Origin: Acaryochloris thomasi RCC1774
GTDB taxonomy: Bacteria > Cyanobacteriota > Cyanobacteriia > Thermosynechococcales > Thermosynechococcaceae
Length of the DNA: 32,000 nt
Assembly (NCBI RefSeq): GCF_003231495.1
Contig: NZ_PQWO01000013.1
Coordinates: 136,901 to 168,900 of the forward strand
Direction: 5' to 3'
The notes beneath the pieces are model-generated. The model searched no databases. It was not told the origin of the DNA and saw only the letters and a list, made by a program, of their open reading frames with translations. Shown here piece after piece: positions 8,101 to 14,759 of this stretch. The position numbers and the translations under genes were made by a program. Position 1 is the stretch's first letter, and each line of letters starts with the position of its first letter.

Positions 8101-11100
8101 ACCGGCCTCAGCTTGGGAGACGAGGTTCGTCAAAACCTGCTCATCTCCGGTACCCGGCAGAATCTCAGCAAGGTCATTCGTGAACTGAAAGGTATTCAGA
8201 TCACCCGTCACAACGATATTGGCATCAGACTGCGCGGCCAACGCAGCATCAACATACTCGTTAATCGCCAGGGATTGAGCTTCCCGCTCTGCTTCAGCAG
8301 CTTGCACAAAGGGCTGAGTGCCACCAAAGATAGGGGTCGATCCAAACCGAGAGGAGAAATGATTATTAATGACCGTGACGGCCTCACCATTGAAGGAGAA
8401 GGTTCCTGCAAGAGGAATGCGGCTACCAGCGAGGGCGTCAGGATTGCTGACACCGGCTGATTCTAGATTGGCAGGTGTCAAAGCTTCGGTAGAGTCGAGC
8501 GAGACCCGTTCGGGGTTATAGAGGAAAGCATTGCGGATATTGCCGCCGGGAACGCCACCCTGTGGAATCGTACTTTCGTCGGCGCTGGAGTCGGCAAAGA
8601 CGTCAAAAAACTCGTAGGTGGGGCCGCCTGAAGTTGCGATCGCATCGACTAAATCCTGCAGAGTCTGAGAAGCGTCACTGACCGCAATGTTATCTCCTCC
8701 ACTTGCCCCATCGTTATCTTGGATTTCCTGGAGCGCAATAATGTCAGGTGAACCAAGATTAGCCACAATCTGCTCGGCCAGCAGCGATCGTTGTCGCGCA
8801 TCGGGATCGGTGACATCATCTTCCACCGCCGCTGTACTGGTCAAATTCAAGACGTTGTAGCTGGCAATCGTCAGCTGATCCTCGCTCCCCGTTAGCGTTG
8901 TGACTTCCTGCTCCAGGCCACCGGGGGTAACGACATTGACGGGTCCTGTCACATTAACCTCGAAGTTACCGAAGCTGTAACCGACCACTCCCGTTACATC
9001 TCCAAGCTGATCACCCACGTTTAAAGCCGGTGGTATCTCTTCTCCAGAAATTGTGGGATCAAACTGGATCTGAACCCGCTCTGGATTCTGATCGCCAGTA
9101 TTGTCAGGACCAGAGTTGAGGGGAATACCGCCCCGACTGTTGGGCGGATCGTCAGACGTTGCCCCCTGGTTAGGAAGCGTAAAGGCTTCTGCAGAGAAGT
9201 CACCAAAGACCCGCGTCGGTGAGACGGTGACCGCATCTTCAATCGTGACCCGCTGACCTTCAATACTTTCAAAGAAATCAATGGCATCATTTTCTGGATC
9301 AAAAGTATTCGCCGCATCGTCGGCTGTATCCCGTAGATTCACCGGCAGCTCATCGTCACTAATGACGGTTGTATTCGACGGTGACCGGCCACTCTGCCTA
9401 ATCACCACAGCTTCTGGCAAAGCATTACCACTGGAAAGAACCGTAATCTCAGAAGATGCAATCTGAGTAATGGAGAGGTTACCGGTATCGGCCCCACCTG
9501 GAATAAATTCGCCCACGGTGCCAGCAACCTCTAGCTGATCACCCACGGCAATGTCAGGGGTAGACCCAGTGAACACAAAAATGCCATCTGAAGTGTTGTC
9601 GTTGCCGTCGCCGGTGGGGTCTTGCAGGTAGAAACCATTGAAGGCCACTGCGGTCACAACACCACTCGTCGTCACATCGCTATCCACCAGCGTCGAGACA
9701 TGGCCCTCTCCCTGAATCGTGGAGATAGAGGTTAGGCCGTCACCATCGCCTAAATCATCAATCTCGAAAATCGTAGTACTCCCGCTGACTTCGTTACCGA
9801 CGACAAGTAAAGGAGAACCGTTGGGACTGTCTTCAGCAGAAATAAACAGCAATCCCTCAGGGCCAAGATCGCCTGCCGCAGGGTTCAGTGTGCCGTCGGG
9901 TAGCTCCACATCAACGGTGAAGTCACGATTGTTGATGTACTGAACAAACTCAGAGTTTGCCGGATCAGAGACATCGAACACCACAATGCCACCAATCCGC
10001 TCTAGACCGATAAAGGCGTAGGTGCGATCGCCCACAACGCCCACCGCGAGGCCTTCTGGCTCTGGCCCACTGTCATTGCTACGGCTATCAAAACTCCCAT
10101 TTTCATCATTATCGGAGTTGAAGGCTTCTGGAAGTAACTCTGCCGTAATCCGTTCGAGCTGGTCCCCGCTGTCAAACACTAAATTGCCCAAGGCATCGCG
10201 GATAGAAAAAGAACGGGAGCCAAAGGCAAATAGCTGATCGAAGTCGCCATCACCATCGATGTCCCCATCTACGCTGGAAACCTCTAGACGCCCCAAGTTC
10301 TCTTCGAGCTGGAGATTGGCAGCATCAGGAAACGCCTCTGGGTCGAGTGTCAAATCTTCGACACGCTCAATATCGGTGAGATCGTCAAAACTATCTCGTC
10401 CATCACCTTCGTTAGCTGTGATGAAGAAGGTCTGACCATTGGCATCAAAAGAAGCAATGGTGTCGGGCTGGAACAATCCAAAAACCGGAAAATTATCAAT
10501 ATTGATACCCCCATCTTCATCGCTAGGATCTAAGCCATTGGTGGCTTCATCGAAGCTGATTAGCCCCAGTTGAGTGGATGTGCCAGGGCCTTCATAGTCG
10601 TTGTCGTTAATGACGGCAAGGCGGCCATCCTCAAGGAGAGCCAAGCCTTCGGCTTGAGCACTAGGACTAAAACCAAGGGACGGTAAATTCGTGACTTGAA
10701 TCTTGTTAACAGGTTGAATGCCTGCTGCGACAAGTTCATCAGGGGAGAGCTGCTCTATTGTGGTGCCTTCAGTTGCGTTGGATAAATCGGTCCCCAGAAT
10801 ATTTGTGGCTCCCTGGAGGTCAATCTGAAAAATGCGTTGCTGGGCTGTATCGATGTCTTCGTTATCGCGTTCAATGACATAAAATTGTCCATTTCCTGCG
10901 AACACCACATCGCCAATGCGATCGACTTCAGCATCACCAAAGTCGATCCCAGAATCTGTGGTGATCAATGATGGCGTTTGCAGAACGTAGACAAATTCCT
11001 CCACTGGCTCTCCAGTCGTTGGATCAATGCCTAAAATCCGCAGGATGCTAGATCCGTTACTGGTGTCAGTATCGGGGTTAGAAAGTGGCGTTTGAATAAA

Positions 11101-12519
11101 GCCGTACACGATGTTGCGTTCATCATCAAAAGCGATGCCTTCGAACCCTCGGTTGTTGCGACGGTTCAAGTAAACTTCAGGGAGTGTTTCAGTCCCAAAC
11201 GTTCCGGCGGTCGCACCTGATTCGTCTTGGGCGGCAAAGCCAGTGGGCACAAATCGATCAATCAATACGCCTTCAGAGGAAAAGACATTGATAGAGGGTC
11301 CCTGTTCGTCAGCAACAAAGAGGTTACCGTTCGGGGCTCTGACAATGCCTTCGCTGTCTAGGCCAAAAGGGTCGTTGGGCAGTGGCTCACCTGTAGCCGG
11401 ATCAACGGGTACTTCAAAAAATCCTGGAATGTTTGGCAGTCCTGTGATGGGAACTTGGGCCCCGTCTACCTCACGGGTCAGGCCCAGGCGATCGACAACA
11501 GAAACCTGACCAGAGGCTTCATCTAACTCGAGTGTGAGGACGGTGACCTGAAGATCGGGAACCAAGAAAGGGCGATTGCTTGAATCAGGATCGGGCGTAT
11601 CAATCGTGCCACTAACGGGGCCACGATCATTAATAGCCAAGAACCGCGGATTACCGTTCTCTGGATTGACGCCATCGAAGGCGAGTCCCGACAGCCCACC
11701 TAGAAAAATGGGATTGCCATCAGCATCCGTTCCGATTTGAAAGGAGTCTGTTGTTAGGTCAGGAATATCAAAGGTTTCGAGCTGCGGCAATCCTCGACTA
11801 AAGTCTGTAACGCCCAGGGGTAGAATATCCACCAACTCGGCAGTTTCAAGATTGACCACTGCAATGGCATTGTTCTCTTGCAGCGTCACAAAGGCAGTGC
11901 TGCCATCGGGAGCGACAGAGATAAATTCAGGCTCTAAATCTTGAGCAACGGTGCGACCGGGGAAGATGCGAACACCGTCACCTCGCAAATCGTTCTCGCG
12001 TCCATTAAAGGCAGAGAAATCAGCCGTTGCTACGGTTGCACCCTCTACTCCCTCAGTTAGATCGATGATACTTATAGACCCTTCGGGATCGAAAGTCAGC
12101 AAATCATCGTCATCACCAACGGGTTCGCCCTCATTCGCCACTACTAGCCTGGTACCATTCGGCGTAAAGGTGACGGCGTCTGGCAAAACGCCGACTCCAA
12201 CGACATTCAAGAGGCTTAGGTCAGCTGCATCAAAGAAGGCAACCGTTCCAGTTTCGGTGGCTGTGACATCCTCTAGAGCGACAGCAACAACTCCATTGGC
12301 AACGGCAACGCTGTTAGGTCCACCGCTGAGGCTGACGTCAATCGCGTCAATGAGGGTCGGACGGGTTGGGTCTGAGAGATCAAGAACATCAATACCGTTA
12401 CTATCACCATTGACAACAAAGAGTCTTTGACTAACTGAGTCAAAGGCCACAATTTCAGCGGCGCTTTCATCGAAGACACCCGTCGCAAATGTACCAATTT
12501 GATTGAGTTCAATTGCCAT
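5200..12519 (-). CDS. Giant (2439 aa) RTX-type mosaic exoenzyme: split choice-of-anchor-I-like beta-propeller with nested phytase-like domain + ExeM/NucH-type EEP nuclease + UshA-type 5'-nucleotidase + RTX repeats
   Basis: ORF track 5200..12519. No signal peptide (MAIELNQIGTFATGVFDES...). Motifs read in the translation: AAEIVAFDSVSQRLFVVNGDSNGIDVLDLSDP, TFFITANEGDGRD, GPEPEGLAVG..TYAFIGLERIGGIVVFDVSDP (propeller); NRGFEGIAFD, AEGLALLEDGRLAVINDNDY (phytase-like); ISTIQGEGHVS..GVVTAVAFNGFYLQDP..TSDGIFVF (NucH N-module); IASYNVLNL, IIALQEIQDNDG, VINNHFSS, VTGDLNT, ASDHEPLV (EEP); ILHASDLEGG, SAGDNYLAG, GNHEFD, VLVSHLQ, KNGGGIR, LNFLADGGDGYPF (5'-nucleotidase); about 12 GGxGxDxUx units. By my reading the protein has no Cys, no Trp and only 8 Lys. 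Confidence 0.95.
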   Translation of the reverse strand: MAIELNQIGTFATGVFDESAAEIVAFDSVSQRLFVVNGDSNGIDVLDLSDPTRPTLIDAIDVSLSGGPNSVAVANGVVAVALEDVTATETGTVAFFDAADLSLLNVVGVGVLPDAVTFTPNGTRLVVANEGEPVGDDDDLLTFDPEGSISIIDLTEGVEGATVATADFSAFNGRENDLRGDGVRIFPGRTVAQDLEPEFISVAPDGSTAFVTLQENNAIAVVNLETAELVDILPLGVTDFSRGLPQLETFDIPDLTTDSFQIGTDADGNPIFLGGLSGLAFDGVNPENGNPRFLAINDRGPVSGTIDTPDPDSSNRPFLVPDLQVTVLTLELDEASGQVSVVDRLGLTREVDGAQVPITGLPNIPGFFEVPVDPATGEPLPNDPFGLDSEGIVRAPNGNLFVADEQGPSINVFSSEGVLIDRFVPTGFAAQDESGATAGTFGTETLPEVYLNRRNNRGFEGIAFDDERNIVYGFIQTPLSNPDTDTSNGSSILRILGIDPTTGEPVEEFVYVLQTPSLITTDSGIDFGDAEVDRIGDVVFAGNGQFYVIERDNEDIDTAQQRIFQIDLQGATNILGTDLSNATEGTTIEQLSPDELVAAGIQPVNKIQVTNLPSLGFSPSAQAEGLALLEDGRLAVINDNDYEGPGTSTQLGLISFDEATNGLDPSDEDGGINIDNFPVFGLFQPDTIASFDANGQTFFITANEGDGRDSFDDLTDIERVEDLTLDPEAFPDAANLQLEENLGRLEVSSVDGDIDGDGDFDQLFAFGSRSFSIRDALGNLVFDSGDQLERITAELLPEAFNSDNDENGSFDSRSNDSGPEPEGLAVGVVGDRTYAFIGLERIGGIVVFDVSDPANSEFVQYINNRDFTVDVELPDGTLNPAAGDLGPEGLLFISAEDSPNGSPLLVVGNEVSGSTTIFEIDDLGDGDGLTSISTIQGEGHVSTLVDSDVTTSGVVTAVAFNGFYLQDPTGDGNDNTSDGIFVFTGSTPDIAVGDQLEVAGTVGEFIPGGADTGNLSITQIASSEITVLSSGNALPEAVVIRQSGRSPSNTTVISDDELPVNLRDTADDAANTFDPENDAIDFFESIEGQRVTIEDAVTVSPTRVFGDFSAEAFTLPNQGATSDDPPNSRGGIPLNSGPDNTGDQNPERVQIQFDPTISGEEIPPALNVGDQLGDVTGVVGYSFGNFEVNVTGPVNVVTPGGLEQEVTTLTGSEDQLTIASYNVLNLTSTAAVEDDVTDPDARQRSLLAEQIVANLGSPDIIALQEIQDNDGASGGDNIAVSDASQTLQDLVDAIATSGGPTYEFFDVFADSSADESTIPQGGVPGGNIRNAFLYNPERVSLDSTEALTPANLESAGVSNPDALAGSRIPLAGTFSFNGEAVTVINNHFSSRFGSTPIFGGTQPFVQAAEAEREAQSLAINEYVDAALAAQSDANIVVTGDLNTFQFTNDLAEILPGTGDEQVLTNLVSQAEAGGDASTFIFDGNSQVLDHSFVSDSLLPEAKFDIVHVNNDFTRDDNAIEFNDTVVASDHEPLVSRLNIGTDAPASNFTLQILHASDLEGGVDAIGRAPNFAALIDNFEDQFENSITLSAGDNYLAGPFFNAAGDQAAFRDSGIFNDLYNGLFNLPADVDGDAIEDFYAGLREGGGRVDIAIMNLIGFDASAIGNHEFDLGSDTLADIIAPDFRDPGLEDDRNVGALFPYLSANLDFSGDEVLSELFTNEILTNTDFRTGPEQSLAGTEVPKIAPSTIIDEGGEQIGVIGATTQILDSISSPTGTTVIGPQENNMVALAETLQPEVDRLRDLGINKIVLVSHLQQIALEQELAGLLDGVDVIIAGGSDTLLADATDTLRPGDVADGDYPFETTDANGNPVLIVSTDGEYSYVGRLVLEFDAEGNVITDSVDSEVSGAYATTDEVVNEVYGTEGVEDAMAEGRPSAIASSTKATGVQQLTNAVSDVVAEQDGNVFGQTDVFIDGRRESVRTEETNIGNLTADANLAAAQAFDETVVLSLKNGGGIRAPIGEIDADGKELPPQANPVSGKEEGQISQLDIDNSLRFNNSLTLLTLTADQLLEVVEHSVAATEEGATPGQFSQISGVQFSFDPDADPGDRVQSLTITDADGNDIDTVVQGGELVGETSRTFRIVTLNFLADGGDGYPFPTGPEANRVDLPDVLTDAGAATFADPGTEQDVLAEYLATNFPADDDATTPAFSDAETDPAEDTRIQNLNFREDTVIDAPQVNEITGTNFSDVLIGTAESDAIEGLNGNDVIRGLLGDDFLLGNNGSDNIRGGAGHDTLLGGNGFDRLDGRRGDDVIEGGNGNDFILGGRGADLLSGGADRDQIAGNLGADTLIGGSGRDLLSGGRGADLFVLEVGQGRDFIRDFEMGQDALGLSDGLTVDQLGVSIQGGNTLIVFEEENQQLAVLSNVAAEVEDLTFQTFSSVV
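5418..5749 (-). repeat. About 12 tandem RTX (hemolysin-type Ca-binding) nonapeptide repeats, followed by a roughly 70-aa C-terminal tail
   Basis: EGLNGNDVIRGLLGDDFLLGNNGSDNIRGGAGHDTLLGGNGFDRLDGRRGDDVIEGGNGNDFILGGRGADLLSGGADRDQIAGNLGADTLIGGSGRDLLSGGRGADLFVLE. The 27-nt periodicity is visible in the DNA. The antisense ORF 5498-5818 shows the mirrored P/S-rich repeat. Confidence 0.9.
6040..7880 (-). other. UshA-type 5'-nucleotidase module (metallophosphoesterase + 5'-nucleotidase C-terminal domain)
   Basis: NFTLQILHASDLEGG at about 7841-7880; GNHEFD; VLVSHLQ; VDVIIAGGSDTLL at about 6990-7040; RIVTLNFLADGGDGYPFP at 6051-6105. Confidence 0.8.
7905..9735 (-). other. ExeM/NucH-type extracellular nuclease module (OB-like N-part + endonuclease/exonuclease/phosphatase domain from about 8876)
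   Basis: ISTIQGEGHVSTL at about 9690-9735; DQLTIASYNVLNLT at 8841-8880; ASDHEPLVSRLNIG at about 7900-7940 (all hand-located on the minus strand). The catalytic EEP residues appear intact (E in ALQEIQ, NH in NNHF, D-N in GDLNT, DH in SDHEP). Confidence 0.8.
9745..10539 (-). other. Beta-propeller, C-terminal half (choice-of-anchor-I-like)
   Basis: GLDPSDEDGGINIDNFPVFGLFQPDTIASF..FFITANEGDGRD..LFAFGSRSFSIRDALGNLVFDSGDQLE..SRSNDSGPEPEGLAVG..LERIGGIVVFDVSDPANSEFVQYINNRD. Confidence 0.6.
10540..11790 (-). other. Nested phytase-like (PF13449-type) domain inserted in the propeller
   Basis: About 417 aa between LGVTDFSRG and GLDPSDEDGGINIDNFPVFGLFQPD (the latter at about 10481-10536), containing LSGLAFDG, DSEGIVRAPNGNLFVADEQGP, NRGFEGIAFDDERNIVYGFIQTPL, DRIGDVVFAGNGQFYVIERDN, AEGLALLEDGRLAVINDNDY. 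Confidence 0.6.
11791..12519 (-). other. Beta-propeller, N-terminal half (choice-of-anchor-I-like)
   Basis: Ends at ...ILPLGVTDFSRG (hand-located at about 11791-11820). In family members as I remember them this motif is followed directly by GLDxSDxDG. Confidence 0.6.
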
Positions 12520-13159
12520 GGAAAACCTTTACCTATAGAAAAAGAAAAATTGAATTAACTGAATGCGCGATCAGATTCGCTTTTCCAACGCCGTTTTTCA
12601 GCACCGAACGGGAAAAGTTAAAACTAGACAACAACGTCCAAGTCAGAGACAGAGCAAGCTATCAGAAGCTCCAAACACTCCAGCAAAGAGACTCCTGCCG
12701 TCACAGAACCTTATTTCAGGCTCACGCTGCAGAGTGAGACTGAAGCAGGAAAGTAGAGAATCAGCGATTGCAGGCAAACAACCAGGAGGCTGATTAGAAA
12801 ACCTCAAAATATTTGTTAGTTCTTCAACTAATGAGCTGCAGCTAAATAAACGCTCAAGATTTACGCTGCTTAACACTCAGACTTGACCGCAGCCGAAATC
12901 CCCTTGATTAGATTCCCAAGGATATGTAAATACCAGGACAAGAAGAGATTAAGGCCAGCAGTATTTTCGTTTAAAGTTGGCTTAAGTCAGTCAATGCAAA
13001 GCTGAAAGTTCTGGGCAAGCAGCCTGAAGCAATCATGTTCAAAACGCAGCCGCCCCTAAATCTAAGCCATGCTTATTTTGACGGCGAAGCTGTCTAGCAA
13101 GAACAATTAGACCAGACAAGAGGGATGCAATAGAGAGTCTTTATGCTGAAATCTAAAAA

Positions 13160-13232
13160 TGGAGCTAAGCGGATTCGAACCGCTGACCCCCTGCATGCCA
13201 TGCAGGTGCTCTACCAACTGAGCTATAGCCCC
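13160..13232 (-). tRNA. tRNA-Ala (anticodon GGC)
   Basis: Reverse complement = GGGGCTATAGCTCAGTTGGTAGAGCACCTGCATGGCATGCAGGGGGTCAGCGGTTCGAATCCGCTTAGCTCCA (73 nt). It has a 7-bp acceptor stem with the G3:U70 alanine identity pair, D-arm GCTC/GAGC, anticodon stem CCTGC/GCAGG with loop ATGGCAT, T-arm AGCGG-TTCGAAT-CCGCT and discriminator A73. The 3' CCA is not encoded (TTTTT follows). Confidence 0.93.
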
Positions 13233-13441
13233 AAGGAATATTCATCATGCCTTGAAAGCTGACATGCCGTCAAGAATGTGTCTAATCCTCGCCCCTCTCA
13301 ACACAAACAATAGCTTTTGTAAACGATTTAGATAAGAAAAGCTAATAAGCTTCATCAAAACAACTGATGTTTTTGGCTATGATTGAGGCATCCAGATGCG
13401 GGTGATGCATCATCTGCATGTTGTCACTGAGGAAGCAAGCC

Positions 13442-13588
13442 ATGAAACTCATGCAAATGCTCAATCAAGCGTTTCGCTATCTAACGGAAGCAATGGTGCG
13501 GACTTTTACGCCAGCAGAACATCACTATCCCGCAACAGGCGTTGTTCCATTTATGGGCGATGACTACGGGCAGTCGTGGGCTGATTAA
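13442..13588 (+). CDS. Possible 48-aa small protein (below the ORF-track cutoff)
   Basis: ATG 13442 preceded by GAGGAAG (13429-13435, 6-nt spacer). Translation MKLMQMLNQAFRYLTEAMVRTFTPAEHHYPATGVVPFMGDDYGQSWAD, stop TAA 13586-13588. A GC-rich hairpin follows 37 nt downstream. No family recognised. Confidence 0.3.
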   Translation: MKLMQMLNQAFRYLTEAMVRTFTPAEHHYPATGVVPFMGDDYGQSWAD

Positions 13589-13624
13589 TCTGCTGTAGCC
13601 TGGAAGAGCTTAGCCTAGGGGGAG

Positions 13625-13648
13625 ACTTTCCCCTAGGACAGACGTATA
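13625..13648. other. Perfect 8-bp GC-rich stem-loop (CCTAGGGG-gagacttt-CCCCTAGG)
   Basis: Read directly at 13625-13632 / 13641-13648. There is no U-tract, so a terminator role is uncertain. Confidence 0.3.
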
Positions 13649-13754
13649 GCCGTCGCCAGCTGAGTTAGGACAGCACTTCTCCAGCGGACATCGTTTTCAA
13701 TTTTCCTAATGCCCTAATCAATATGTCAAAGACTATATTTTCAGGTTGTCTTCT

Positions 13755-14168
13755 ATGACAGAGGGATTAGTTTGGTCAGCTCTACTGCTGGTTTTTATCG
13801 GCTTGGGCTGGCTTGGCTGGCAAGAGTACCAAAAGGTAGAAGCCTACAAAACGTGGGCAGCGCAGTTTGAACGCAGTAAGTACGATATCTATGCTGTGCT
13901 GGGTCAAGCAGGAGAAACCTTGACTTGGGGGAAGCCCACGCGCAAGGGGCCGGTGGATCTTATCAGCTGTAGCTTTGCTGAAATTGAGGCTGTGCAGCTT
14001 CGTGTTGATAATCAGATTGTTGATTGGCAGCAGCCCCCTGAAGAGGGCAGCAAGGTTTTGATTGAGCTGATTTCGAAGACGCAGCCAGAGCCGATTCAGG
14101 TGCCGTTTACGGATGTTGCGATCGCAACCGACTGGGCAAAGTATTTACACCAAGCCGTGCAAAGTTAA
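13755..14168 (+). CDS. Hypothetical protein with one N-terminal transmembrane helix
   Basis: ORF track 13746..14168 (the track start is a TTG; the first ATG is at 13755, MTEGLVWSALLLVFIGLGWLGW...). No family recognised. Its stop overlaps the convergent gene's stop (shared TTAA at 14165-14168). Confidence 0.6.
   Translation: MTEGLVWSALLLVFIGLGWLGWQEYQKVEAYKTWAAQFERSKYDIYAVLGQAGETLTWGKPTRKGPVDLISCSFAEIEAVQLRVDNQIVDWQQPPEEGSKVLIELISKTQPEPIQVPFTDVAIATDWAKYLHQAVQS
14119..14126. repeat. HIP1 (highly iterated palindrome GCGATCGC), representative copy
   Basis: Exact copies found by eye start at 835, 3792, 8636, 10024, 14119, 16349, 19834, 21752, 23522, 24925, 25966, 26907, 30067, 31026, 31456 and 31541. 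This density is characteristic of many cyanobacterial genomes. Confidence 0.9.
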
Positions 14169-14566
14169 CGCTTCAATACGCCCCAGCGTAGATATTTCCC
14201 TTGGATAGCCAGGTAACCAGCGGGAAGGCCACAGACAAGCAGACCAACCAAAGCTCGTCCCAGATGACCGTGGGTGAGACTGCCGCCAGCATGGGTTAGG
14301 TAGCCACAGAAAATAATGGTGCCGATCATGCGTAGAGTAATCGGGTGGCTCTTGGGGGAAAGAGACGAGATCGCAATCACCAAACAAAAAACCGCAAATC
14401 CATAAAAAGTATAGGAATCGGCCAACCCGTTTGGCTCGAGGGCCGTCAGAAAGAAACCAGCAGCGCAGACTAAAGCAATGACGGCAATGATGATGCGTGA
14501 ACCTGCACTCACTAAATTAAGCTCCCAAAATTTGAACATCTGCTGCTTTCGCAGCTCTTTGAACAC
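14165..14566 (-). CDS. Hypothetical integral membrane protein (about 4 TM helices)
   Basis: ORF track, 133 aa, with hydrophobic segments IIIAVIALVCAAGFFL, FYGFAVFCLVIAISSL, MIGTIIFCGYL, ALVGLLVCGLPAGYLAI. No family recognised. Confidence 0.55.
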   Translation of the reverse strand: MFKELRKQQMFKFWELNLVSAGSRIIIAVIALVCAAGFFLTALEPNGLADSYTFYGFAVFCLVIAISSLSPKSHPITLRMIGTIIFCGYLTHAGGSLTHGHLGRALVGLLVCGLPAGYLAIQGKYLRWGVLKR

Positions 14567-14759
14567 TTTGCTGCTCTCGCAGCTCGTATATTAGACTCAT
14601 CTTCACCATGAGTGTGCCCACAAATGTGATTGAGACTTACGAATCGGCAAATTTACCAATGCCAGGGATAATGTTAAGGGAGTAATGAAGACTCGTCCAG
14701 CAACCCGGAACGAGATCGCTCTTCTGTTACCGTAACCAGTAGTAGATTTCTCAATCAAT

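Noticed and set aside
5849-12430. Many 60-160-aa ORFs on both strands inside 5200-12519 (for example 5965-6315, 7103-7423, 8113-8460, 11951-12430)
   Set aside because: All are nested in or antisense to the uninterrupted 2439-codon frame, which has family motifs throughout. Their sequences are low-complexity and none shows independent support.
12513-12876. Three overlapping 74-77-aa ORFs upstream of the giant gene
   Set aside because: They are mutually exclusive frames with basic low-complexity sequence and no motifs. The region is more likely a 5' UTR or promoter.
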